DNA of 64,000 bases. It comes from Thecamonas trahens ATCC 50062 (lineage: Eukaryota; Protista; Apusomonadida). Both the position numbers and the translations under genes were made by a program. Of the stretch, positions 34,601-46,199 are shown piece by piece (position 1 is the stretch's first letter; each line of letters begins with the position of its first letter). Location of the stretch: positions 14,923-78,922 of the forward strand of contig NW_013657606.1 in the NCBI RefSeq assembly GCF_000142905.1, written 5' to 3'. The notes under the pieces were generated by a model. It saw only the letters and a program-made list of their open reading frames with translations, made no database searches and had not been told where the DNA came from.

Positions 34601-36762
34601 TACTGCGACCGCTTGTCCTTGGCGTCCGCCACCCAGATGGCTGGCCCCACAATCGCCGCGTGCGCACGCATCCAGTCGCGCGCAGCCTCGATCTGGCATC
34701 CGTCGCGGAGCGACCAGTACTCGTGGAGCAGCGGGTCGAGCCGGAGGATGCGCGCGTCCCACAGCCGCGCAAAGTTGCCTTCGATCTTCGACTTGTGCCA
34801 CAGCGCCCACAGCGACATCCGCGCCGCAATAGCAGGCTGTCTTCCGCCGTGCTCTTCCACCATTTCTAGCTCTTCGGCCTCGCTCGCCTGTCCGATCCCG
34901 AGGAAGCCGAGCGGCGCGTACTTGAGCGCCTCGGCCGCCAGCGCTTCAGCCCTCGACACAAGCGGCGTTCCGACTCCGCTCTCCGAGCCCGACCCGGAGC
35001 CCGAGACCGAGTCTCCCGAGCCTCCTGAGCCTCTCTCGCTGCCGCCACTCTCGCCGGTCTCGGGCAGGCCGCGGTCCAGCTTGTCAACGTTCGAGTTGAG
35101 GACCTCGAGCGGGATGGCGAGGTCGATCTCGGCAAGCGAGACTCCGGGCTTGATTGACGACGAGAGGCCGAACGAGTCGGCAAAGGGGGTGAACTCGGCG
35201 TCATCAATGTGCTGCTCCGTATCGTTGACGGACCGCTCCGAGTCGGCTAGCAGGACAGTGAACGGAACGTACTTACGCCGCCCGCCCTCGGCCACCTCCT
35301 CGTCGCTCGCCTTGGTCAGGATCCGCCGCACGCGCACAATCGGATGCCGCATGTGCCGGTAGAGGTGGACTTCCAGCAGCGAGTCGCCGCCTTCAACATG
35401 CCGCTCAATGCCAAGCAGCCGGTCTGTCGACGGCGCCCAGTGGATGGCAACGTGTGCATGCCCGGCGGTTGCGAGCTCGCTAGGCGTCGGCCGTGTGTTG
35501 ACAAGGATAGGCACGTTGGGAATCTGCGCTGCCACTGCGGGCGCCGCCGTCGCCACGTCCGTCTCCTCGTACACAAACACCGCGTTGAGGAGGAAGAATG
35601 GAAAGTCGGCCTCGGGTGGCAGCTCCCGCTCCTGCTCCGCCTCGCCGCTTGCGTGGCCAAAGACCTTGTCCTCGACCAGCTGTGCAGACGCCACAAGCGT
35701 CTCGGTCGACTTGCCAAACAGGCCTGCCACTAGTGGCACCGCAGCAGGCACCTCGATCGTGCCCGACTGCGCCGGTGTGCCCATGCCGCCGGCCACGTTG
35801 TCGGCCTCGCCGTCGGCCTCGTCCAGGCCAGACTCACCATCTGCCAGCGACGTTGTCGACGACTGTGGCGGATCAAGGCCGGCAAACGAGACGGTGCGCT
35901 TGACCATCTGCGAGCCTCCAGCCGATGACGCCGACCGCAGGATCGACCGCGAGTTGCGGAGGATGCCCGAGACCGACGAGCCCGGCATGTTCATCTGCGA
36001 GCCGTTTGGCCGCGACATCGTCGACGCCTGCCGCGAGCCAAGCGAGATGGTCGACGCACGGATGTTGGCCATGCCGTGGGCCCCAGAACCGTCGCCCTCT
36101 TCCGACGAGAACGATGACGAGATGGCGAGACCGAGCGCACTCGACTCGCGTGGTATCACCGGGACGTCGGGCAACGAGCGCAAAGAGGCCGACAAGGTGG
36201 CCGACGACATGTCCAGCACATCCAACGTGGCAGCACCTGCTGCAGGCGCCGGCATCGTCAGAAGCGAGCCCGAGATGGACTCTGAGATAAAGGCATCGTC
36301 CGAGTAAAGGTCGAGCGCGCCGATAATCGGCGACCCATCGACGTTGGCGTCGTAGTAGTACGACTCGGACACCGGCGTTGCCGACGCATCGGTCGTCTCG
36401 TACGAGTACTCTTCCGACGACAGCGCCTCTTGCTGCTCTACAGCCTCTCCGGCTTTGCCGGCGGCTGCGCTTGAAGACGCCGAGTTGACCGAAGACGTTG
36501 AGCTGAACGACGATGTCGACGACGAAGACGCAACGCCTGAGACCGAGCCCAGCGGCGACATCGACGTGCGCATCGAGGCCAGCGAGCCCGATGAGAGGCC
36601 GAGAGAGTCGGAATCGGTCCCGCGTCCAGCCTCGGCGCCTTGCTCGTTCGACAGCAGCTCTGACGTGGCTGACACGACTGATGATGTGGACGAATGGGCC
36701 GCGAGGATGTTGGGCTCGGGCTCAGGCTCGGGCTCGGGCTCAGGCTCGGGATCAGGCTCGGA

Positions 36763-36793
<31 letters not shown>

Positions 36794-39700
36794 AGCTCGA
36801 TGCCGAGCTTGATGATACGGTTGGCCATGCGGCCGGCAGCGTCAAACTGGACTACAGCCTCGATCTCCGGAAAGACGTTGAACATCGTGTAGATGTCGGC
36901 TGGCGAGCTACCAGCGCGCGGGCAGAGCTCGTCCAGCGGGAAGAGGTTCGCCTGTTTGAGTGCTGTCTGGACAGCGGCCGGGTGGCTGTCAGCAAAGCGG
37001 ACGGCTGCGCCGGCACAGCCAGCCGCCAGCGAACTTGCCACATCCGGCTCGTGTGCGAGCTCAAACGCCTCGAGGGGGATCCGCGATCCAGCCTCGAGGC
37101 CGACTTGGGCATGTGCAAAGAGCGAGCCCTTTCCACCGGCCGTCGTCGCCAGCAGCCGCAGCTCCTCGTCGTAGACCACGTTGTGGATAAGCTTGGCCTT
37201 GCCGGGCCCGGCGCGCGGATCGGCCACGTGCCCGGCAACAACCATGCCCTCGATAAGCTTGGGCATGTTGGGGTCAAACTCGGCCTCGGCCGCGGCCTCA
37301 TCAGCCTCGGCGCCAGCTTCGGCTTCGGCTGCGTCGTCAGGTTCGGTCGGGGGCGCCGGCAGCGGAAGGATGAGTGTTCGCGGCTTGCGGGGTCCATGCG
37401 CTGGACACCCAGCAGCCTCCGCGAGTCGGCACCGACAATGCGAATACGCTCGACGCCGACAGCCTGCTGGGCCAGATCGCGCATGTAGTCACGCCAGTGG
37501 GTGAGTGCCTTCCACACCAGAAAGTCAACCGTGCGGATGGCAAAGTACTTGTAGATGTAGGGGAGCGGGCGGACGAGCTTGACAGTGAGCGGGCCAAAGT
37601 ACTGGGTGATGGCGGTATGGTACTCGATGGGGAACGAGTCGTCGCCAGTGCCACAGAGGAAGATGAGCCGGACGACGTCGTCGAGCCAGTGCTGGATGCG
37701 CTTGAAGATCGACGGTGGCGCGGTGGCGATCTCGCGGAAGAGATTGATCTTGTCGTGGTACTGCTGGCGGCGGGCGAGCCGGAGCGGCGGCAGAACCTTG
37801 ACCGGCTCGCCAAGCGGAAGCTTGGGCGCGCCGTAAGGCTGCCGCCGCCGGTCGAGCGCAATGACCGCGGCGTCAGCAATGAGAAGTGCGAGCGTGGCCG
37901 AGACCGTCGAGACTGCGATCTTGGTCGTCGCCTGCAGCCGGGTGAGACCGAGGTAATCGAGCGCAGCCTGCATGTCGTCGTGGTCAAGATGGGCGACTGC
38001 AGCGACGACGTCAATGTCGAGGCACGACTTGAGGACGAGGAGCGTCTCGAGGAGGGCGCAAACAAAGGCACGGGCATTGTGTGGGATCTGCGTCTTCCAC
38101 TTGACCTCAATGTCGGCGCCTAGCAGGCCAAGGCTGGCGGTCACCTTAGGCGTCGCCTTGTATAGGGCCACCAGCTGCGACTCGGGTACAAGTTCCATCT
38201 GCCTGCGAATGCGGAGCGGGACCGGTGAGAGGGTGAGGCCCGGTGCCGAGACAAGGAGCTCGGCAAGGACGGCGGTCGAGTGCGGGTGATTGCACACCAG
38301 CTCGGCAGTCTCGTGCATGAGCGCCTGCGCCGCGGTCAGGATGTACTGCTCGGGCTTGAGGCCGAGGACAACGCCGACGTAGACGGTGAGGCGAGCGACA
38401 AGGCCGCTTCCGCCGCTGCTGCCTTCAGGCGCCGGCGCAAGGTCACCGAGTGCTGCGTACCGGTGGCGCGGCGACTCGTAGAGGACCGACTCGGGAACGA
38501 GAACGATCGAGGTGTGGCCGCGAGCGAAACGATCCGCCGCGAGGCGGAGCAGAGCCGATGCGCCCGGAATTGCCTTGCACGCTAGCGCCGAGAGCGAGTC
38601 AGGCGCCCACTCGCCGGCCTCTGCGGCACGGACCGAGTCGTAGATGACGTCCAGGATGGAAGCACCGAGTGTGGACGACGGGAGGACAGCAAGCCGCTCG
38701 TGGGCCGGCAGATGGGCGTGGAGGCGATCGAGAAGAGCAGCCTGGACAACCTCGAGGTCCGGGGTGTCGGCGGCATCGGTCTCGCCCACATACCGCTGGC
38801 CGGCGGTCTGCAGCGCGTCCGACTGCATGGCGCGCTGCAACTCGACTGAAAGGCCCTTGTAGTCTTCGGTGGCAGTGAGGCCGCGCTGGACCATGACGGC
38901 AGTGACGCCGGCGTAGGCCCAGCAGGCCGCAAAGAGGCCGAAAACGGCAAAGTCGGTCGACGATGAGATCCAGACCGAGATGACTGAAGCGATGGCGCCA
39001 AAGATGAGGCAGGCCATGGTGGAGAGGACGAGCGGGGCCTTGGGCGCTGGCAAGAACATCGAGTTGTACGCGCCGAGAATAAAGCCAGTGTACGAGAGCG
39101 ATGAGACGTAGAAGAGAGCACCGGCCGAGATGGTGGCGCGAGGCGAGGTGGGCGTCCGCTCCCACGGCCAAACCATGACAATGGAGACGTCCGAGGTGAG
39201 GAGGGAGGTTGAGCCTCAAAGGCTGCGTAGCCGACCGAGACAACGCCGATGACGACGATGAGGGCGAAGCAGGCGAGGACAAGCTCTGCGCGGTAGGCCT
39301 TGATGCGGACGGAGACTTCATCGGTGATGAGCGATGTCGGAGTGGTGAGGCCCGGGATGAGGCGGCGCTTGGGCGCGAGCTTTCGGAGTGCTTCGACGCG
39401 AGTGCGGACGGGCTCGACGACAGCCATGGCAGTGAGGAGGTAGACGAGGGCCCACGACGTGGCGGTCTCGTACTCGGAGACCGGGTTGAGGAACTCGGGC
39501 GAGACGCCCATAGCAATGCGGACGAGACGGTCGACGAGCATGAGCATGTAGTAGAGCGGGCCGTGAGCGACGACACCGCCGGCAAGGTGCCACAGAATGC
39601 CACCGCGATGGAGGATGTCCGTCTGGCGCTTGAGGAGCCAGCCGGCCTTGCCCTGCTTGAGCGATGCGTCCCACTCGTCCGAGGCGTGGGTGGGGAGATC

Positions 39701-42700
39701 GCGCTCATTGAGCAGGACCCACCAGTGGACGAGCGAGAGCTCGACCTTGTAGTTGTCGACGCGCTCCTTGACCATGTGGCCGAGGTCGCCGACGTAGTTC
39801 TTCTCTTTGACGGCCTTGACGTAGGCGGCGCGGGCCTCGACGATGTGTCGGGCGGCGGCAGCCTTGGCCCAGGGCGTGAGAGTGGTGACCTCGTCAGGTG
39901 AGAGTTCCGGTAGCTCGTCGGGAGTGGGCAGGGCCTCACCGTTTGGCCCGATGAACAGCGGCTCGTCCTGGGTGTGGACGTGCTGGATGTACCAAGCGCA
40001 GAGGGCGGGCGCGTTGGTGGTGGGCGGCGGCGGCGGCGGGCCGAGGCCTGCGGCGTAGTACCAGTCGTGGACCTGAGCCTCAGAGGTCGGCTTGATGTAG
40101 TTGGTGTAGTTGTGGAGCAAGTGGTTGATGTGGCGGATGAGGTACCAGATCATGAGGCCGACAGCACAGGCGAGACCGAGGACGTGGATCCATGCGCCCA
40201 GACCGGAAAGTGCTCTTCCTTGACGGCGCCAGTGCCGTAGAAGAAGATGACGTTGATGAGGAGCTGGAGCGCCATCGAACCGAGGAGGACAAGGCCGAGG
40301 GCCGAGGTCCAGATGGAGCCGGTGTGCAGGTTAAAGGCGAGGGTGGCGGTGAAGAGCATGGCCGAGAAGAGATTGAAGAAGATGGCGCCCGCAATGACCT
40401 GCAACCACTCGATGCCTTCCGAGGCGAGCATGACCGGGAAGAAGACGAGAAGGAGAGCGAGAGTGGCGCCGGCCATGACAATGGTGGAGAGAACGGCCAT
40501 GCGGACAGTGAGCTCTGCGATGAGGGCGTAGGACCACTGGAAGAGGTAGAGCGAGGCAACGCGGGCTAAGGCATTGTCTAGCGCACCCATGAGGATGATC
40601 GAGGTGAGCATGGCGCCGGACATGACCTGCGAGGCGAGCGGCGAGACAAAGAGCGACGAGTGGAGGCCCATGCCCGTGGTGAGGACCAGAAGGAGGTTGA
40701 GGACCATGGGCAGCATAAAGTACAGGCCGTTGGCAAACGACGTGACGTAGTGGGTGATCGAGCGGGCCTCCTTGGGGGTGACGACTAGTGGCGGGATGCG
40801 CTCCTTGGGCGCAACCTCGTTGTTGAGCGGGCCGAGCACGTCGTCGGCGTCGAGGAGCTGCTTGGCGCGGACGGCGGTGTAGATGTGCGGGCCGAGGGTG
40901 AACTTGGAAACGCCAAAGAGGCGCATGACGTCGTCTTCAGTGTAGCCGCCAAACTCTGCGTAAACAAGGGCAAGGCCGCCCTCGCGGACAAGGAACGGGT
41001 TTGCGTCGCGGACAAGGGCGACGAGCTCCTTGAATCCCGCGTAGCGCGCCATGCCAACCATGGCCGAGTAGATGAGGCGGGCCGGCGGCGAAGGGTGTGA
41101 CGGTGGCGGGGTGAGGGCGAGCAGAGCGCGGCCGAGACCGGCAAAGGCCGAGGAGAGGGCGTAGGCCGAGGGCGACCAGGCACCGGCATAAAAGGCTGCG
41201 GCAATGGCCTTTGCCGACTCTGAGCCACCTGCCCACTCGAGCGGCTCAAAGAGCGGCTTGAGGTGGTAGACATCAGCCTCGCCGACGAGCGAGCACTCAT
41301 CGAGGAGGCGGAACTTGGCGTAGACATGGACCTGGGCGGCGTGGCGGACAAGGAGGCGGACCTGGGCATCGGGGAGGACTCTCGCCGAGTGGACCTGCAT
41401 GACAGCGCCGGTGTGTGTGAGGAGGCCGGTGAGCTGGTCGTACGAGGCATTGTCGAGGATGTTGATGAGGGTGTCCGAGAGGAGGTGGAGGAGTGGTCGC
41501 GGGGTAAAGGCCGGGGACGGATCGAGGTCCTTGCGGAAGAGGGCCTCCAGAAGAACGGCACCTCGGTGGGACATACCGCACTCTGTGGCCATGTAGCAGT
41601 GGGTGACGGCCTCTGTGAGATTGGGGTGGTGGCGGGCGACGTAGATGTGGAGGACCGAGGTGTCCTGGTCGACGAGGGCCACCGACTTGAAGTTGATGCG
41701 GTAGTCGTTGAGCGGGACGCGCGAGGTCTCGACCTGCAGCGAGAGCGGGTCCAGCTCCCACACGGTGACGTAGTAGATGTCCTCGGTGGAGGAACGGAGG
41801 CGGGTGGTGAGCTTGGCACGGAGGGTAGCAAGCGCGTCGATGAACTCGGCGACAAAGGCGTCCGAGGAGAAGAAAGCCATGAGGTCTGCGTTGGCTGGAT
41901 GGGCGAGGCGCTCTGCCGCCGAGTCGAGGACAGCAAGCATCTCTTGGAACTTGGGATGCTGGGCGATGCGGATGGGGTTGACATCGGTGTCGCCCTCGTA
42001 GACCTCGCGTGGGGCGGCAGCAGACATGTTGAGGGCGAGGTTGCGCTCGCGGAGCGAGGCGGCAATGTCGAGGACGCGGCGGAGGGCCTCGATACCTGCG
42101 TTGCCGTACATCTGGCGCTGGCCGGCCGAGTCTGCGTCGTGGATCTGCTCCTGGAAGAGGCGGGTGGAGACCTGCGAGGGCGTTAGCGGAGTGGCGCCGA
42201 GAGTGGCGAGCGGCGGAGGATGGAGCGGGGTTGGCGCCGGGAGCGGGAGCGCCGGCGGGCATGTCTCGCCGGGCAGGTTGCCGAGGATGTCAAGAAAGGT
42301 GTCCGGGCAGTAGTCGGCGTACGCCGAGTCGGCGACCTTGGCCTCGAGGGTGGCGTGGAGCCAGGTAAGGAAGTCGTTGGCCGACGGGGTGGGGCGTCGT
42401 CGCCGAGGGACTCGAGAAAGTCTGGAACGGCTGCGCGGGCGAGGTAGTCATACAGGTTGTCACGGTCGATGTCCGAGGGAACGTCGTGCGACGGTGGGTC
42501 CGGGTTGGGGACGTGGTCGTGGTCGAGGGTGATGGCGACGGCGCCGAGGCGCTCGGTGAGGCCGCGGGTGTACTCTGCGGCGCGGGCGGCGGCGGTGTTC
42601 TCGACAAAGACGCGGAGAAAGTTCCAGTGGAGGCGCTCGTCGGTGGCGTGGAGCGAGCCGAGGGCGAGGGCCGGGTAGGGCCAGACGAGGGCGTCGAGGT

Positions 42701-45251
42701 TAGCATGATCGGGCGCGGCGGTCGGGTCGTCGGTGACGAGGGTGGAGGCGGTGGCGAGCGAGTAGCGCGCGGCCGCAACATCCTCGATGGTGATGGGTGC
42801 GTCACGGCAGACGCACATGGACGGCAGGATAGAGGCGCCGCCGACCCAGGCAGTGAAGCGGGCGAGCTCTGCGGCGTCGAGGGCTGCGGCCGAGTGGAAG
42901 CAGGTGTGACCGAGAATGAAAAAGTGAGGCGATGGCGAGGGCATGTTGGCCAGCGAGGGGTAGGCGACGGGCGAGACGATGGGCACCGGGATAGAGATGA
43001 GGGTGCCGTCGAGGACATTATAGGTCTCGGACGGGATGAGGCCCGTGTTGTCCCACGGAGTCTCGGCGAGGACAAAGAGTGCCGGCTCGGACTCAAAGGC
43101 GGCAAAGATGGCCATGGCGGCGTGGAGGCCGTCGAGTCCAGAGTCGGGCGCGATGACGACGCCGTCAAAGCCGGCGTCAAGAGCATGCTCGGGCGTGTCC
43201 TCGTCGACGAACGAGGCCTTGGTGTGGCCGAGCAGTACCTTGGGCCGCGGGTTGGTCGCTGTTGGCTGGTAGTAGGCGGTCGGCGGCGGTGCGGCCGATA
43301 GCGGGATGACCAGGACGTCGGGCTCGGTGAGCGCAGCTGGGAGCGTGACCGGCGGCAGCGGGAGAGTGCCGAGAAAGAGGGTGAACGAGGAGAGGGTGGA
43401 GAAGTTGAGCGGGAGGGACGGAGCAAGGGTCATCGCCAGCGGTGCTGCGGGCTCATCTGACTCGGCGGCCGGGGCGAGCTCAGCGGCCGGGGCGGGCTCA
43501 GCGGCCGGGACGGGCTCGGCGGCCGGGGCAGGCTCGGGCTCGGGCTCGGGCTTGGGGGCCGGTGTCGGCTCGGTGTCCGAGAACGGATCGGAAGTGGAGG
43601 AGGCGGCGGATGCGGGAGAGTGCGGCGGCGACGATAGTGGTGACGGCGGCGATGGCGGCGATGGCGGCGATGACGCGGCGGTAGACTCGTCCGGACGAGG
43701 GGGGGTGGGGGGGTGGGCCGAGAGCCGCGGCTCGCCGTTGGAGTCGAGCGAGGACGACGAGGCCGAGATGGAGATGGTCCGTGTCTGGGGCGGGAGCGAG
43801 GAGAACGAGACGGTCTTGTGGGCGAGAGTGGCGGTGGAGAGGACTCGGTCGACGAGGGACGTCTTGCGGATAGCCGGGGTCAGGGCCGGAGCGGGAGCCA
43901 GCGCCGGAGGTGGGGGTGGGGCCGAGGGTGGGGCGGGTGGTAGCGGCAGGACCGATTCCGTGGAGGAAAAGGTTGAGGAGGAGGAGGAGGAGGAGGCTGC
44001 AGAGGCCGGCGATCCTGGTGGTGACGGTGACGGCGAGGGCAAGGGCGAGGGCGAGTCCGGTGGGGTGTTGGACGGGGAGTCGGCCTTGGTGGCGCCGTGG
44101 ATCGAGCGGGCAAGCGGAGCCGGTCCGGCGGGTGCAAGGTCGGCAGTGACCAAGTCGCGGGGCGGAGCGGGGGCAGAGGGCGGAGCGTGATCTCGAGCAG
44201 CACGGGCTTGCTCCGCACGGACCTTGGCGGCACGCTCGACGAGGGTCGAGGCATCAAAGTTGAAGAAGCGCGGCTGGATGGGCGACGGCGGGGCGATGAG
44301 GTCGTCGGACGAGTGCGAGACGACCGTGCCCGTGGACGAGCCCAGCACCAATGACTGCTGGGCAAGCGAGGGCGAGGCGAGGGCGTCGAGACGGGGTGGG
44401 CGGAGCGGGTCAAGGCAGACAGCATCTGCATCTGAACGGGTCGATGAAAGCGACGACGACGAGATGCTGAGCTGGGCCGCCAGCTGTGGTAGGTCGTTGC
44501 CAAAGGCACGGCCTGGCAGCGGGAGCGGGATGACCGAGAGCGAGGTCGAGCCTGAGAATGAGAGCGACGACGCAGGGTGCGTGTTGCGGACAGCGGGAGC
44601 AGCGTCGCTCAGTTCGGACGAGGCCGACGACTGCGGGCTGGCCGGCGGCGAAAGCGCCGCCAGCGTGTCGTCGGGCAGGAGTAGGCGTTTCTCGGAAGCT
44701 CCATCAGCGTCTCCAAAGGTCGACGAGGAGGAGGAGATGGAGCTGGCGTCGTCGTCTGACAGCGTCTTGTCGGGTGCGGACGTGAGTGCGGGTGCGGGTG
44801 CGTGTGGAGCAGGAGGCTCGGAGTCTGACGACTTGAACAGCCCGGTGCCCGAACCGTCGTCAGCTGCGTCGCCGGCATCGTCGCCGGACTCGACGCCCGA
44901 CTCGGAGCACCAGGTGATGTCCGACGAGTCGCGGTCGGGCGCGGGAGGAGCGTCCGGACGGCGCGGCTTGAGGGTCATCGGGAGTGGGCCTGGGCGAGCC
45001 GGCTTGGTGGCGAGCGCCGAGTGCGACGAGGACGAGGACGAGGATGACGAGGAGTTGCCGGTGGGAGTAGCGGCGGCGGTCTTGATCGACGACGACGATG
45101 AGGATGAGGAGGAAGAGGACTTGGAGGAGGAGCGCCGTGCAACAGCCTCGCTCAGCTCGTGGGCAGCGTGATGCAGCTTGTCAGCGGTGGAGAGCGAGCG
45201 GGCAGCACGGGCACGAGCCTCGTCCCGGGTCGCCTGCACCGCAGCCAGCAT
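30026..45251 (-). CDS. Giant Gtb3-like / PelF-like GT4 exopolysaccharide synthase (~5,000 aa, 5 apparent frameshifts)
   Basis: C-terminal GT4 with intact EX7E (NSSQSEGLPLALGEAG, VVCTDVGGSREV) preceded by a PelF/DUF3492-like region (WDHGMLYRER; LDSGTWPSDGGGVASCRRD; IPLWGAD after correction). Central multi-TM region; N-terminal degenerate TIM-barrel-like segment. Junctions at ~42391, ~40198, ~39208, ~37390, ~34291. The start may lie further upstream (to ~45770). Confidence 0.8.
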
Positions 45252-45333
45252 GGCGAGCTGCGACTTCAGCGCCGAGACGGCCGCATGCGCCGGCGATGCC
45301 GGAGCCGTCGTCTGTGACGGGTCGGGCTGATTC

Positions 45334-45530
45334 GGTGTCGTCGAGCTGATGGGTGTCGTCGAGCTGATGGGTGTCGTCGAGCTGATGGGTGTCGTCGAGC
45401 TGATGGGTGTCGTCGAGTTGGTGGGTGTCGTCGAGCTGATGGGTGTCGGCGGGTGAGTGGCCGTGGTGGGGCGAGTGGCCGTGGTGGGGCGAGTGGCCGT
45501 GGTGGGGCGAGTGGCCGTGGTGGGGCGAGT
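45334..45530. repeat. Two adjacent 18-bp tandem arrays: GGTGTCGTCGAGCTGATG x6 and GAGTGGCCGTGGTGGGGC x4
   Basis: Directly visible. On the minus strand they would encode PISSTT and TTATRP repeats in the frame of the giant gene. Confidence 0.9.
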
Positions 45531-46199
45531 GCGGGGTGCGGGGTCGGGGTGGGGGGTGGGGCGGTTTGTGCGGTCTGCCCTGCCGACGACTCCATGGGCA
45601 TGGTGGTGGTACTGGGGGGGGGGGCGTGTCTGGCTGTGGCTGCAGTCCTCCGCCCGTCCGTGGTGCCCACTCGGTCGTGTGCGCGCAGTGCTGCCTCCTC
45701 TGTCGCTCTGCCACTCTGCCGCTGTCCTTGCCTGTCGCCCTGCGTTTGCCTGCCTGCGCAACATTCATGATATGCGGGACAGGGAACAAACGGAGGGGGG
45801 GGGGGGGGATGGAGAAAATTGGACGTGTCACGGTGGTGGTTCGAGCTGGCGTAGGGGTTTGTCGCGTTTTCTGTGCTGTGCTGGCTGCGAGTAAGTGTGT
45901 GCACTGTGAAGAGGGTGTCGACATGGACGGGAGGGGTATGGTGTGAGGGTGTGAGGGTGGAGGGGATGGATGGGGGTGGCGGTGGTTGGCAAGAGGAGGA
46001 GGCAGGGAAACTCGGTGTTCGTCGGTGGGCTTTGATAGAAATATATCTGCCGCGCCACCCTCCCCCTCCCCCTTTACCCGCACTCTGTCCCGCAGTTTGC
46101 TCGCGCGGCTGCGGGGGAGGCAAGCCCAGCAGCGCCACAAGGCGGCTGGACGTGGGATGGGTCGATGGATGGCATCGATGGGTGCGGGCGCCCGCAGGC

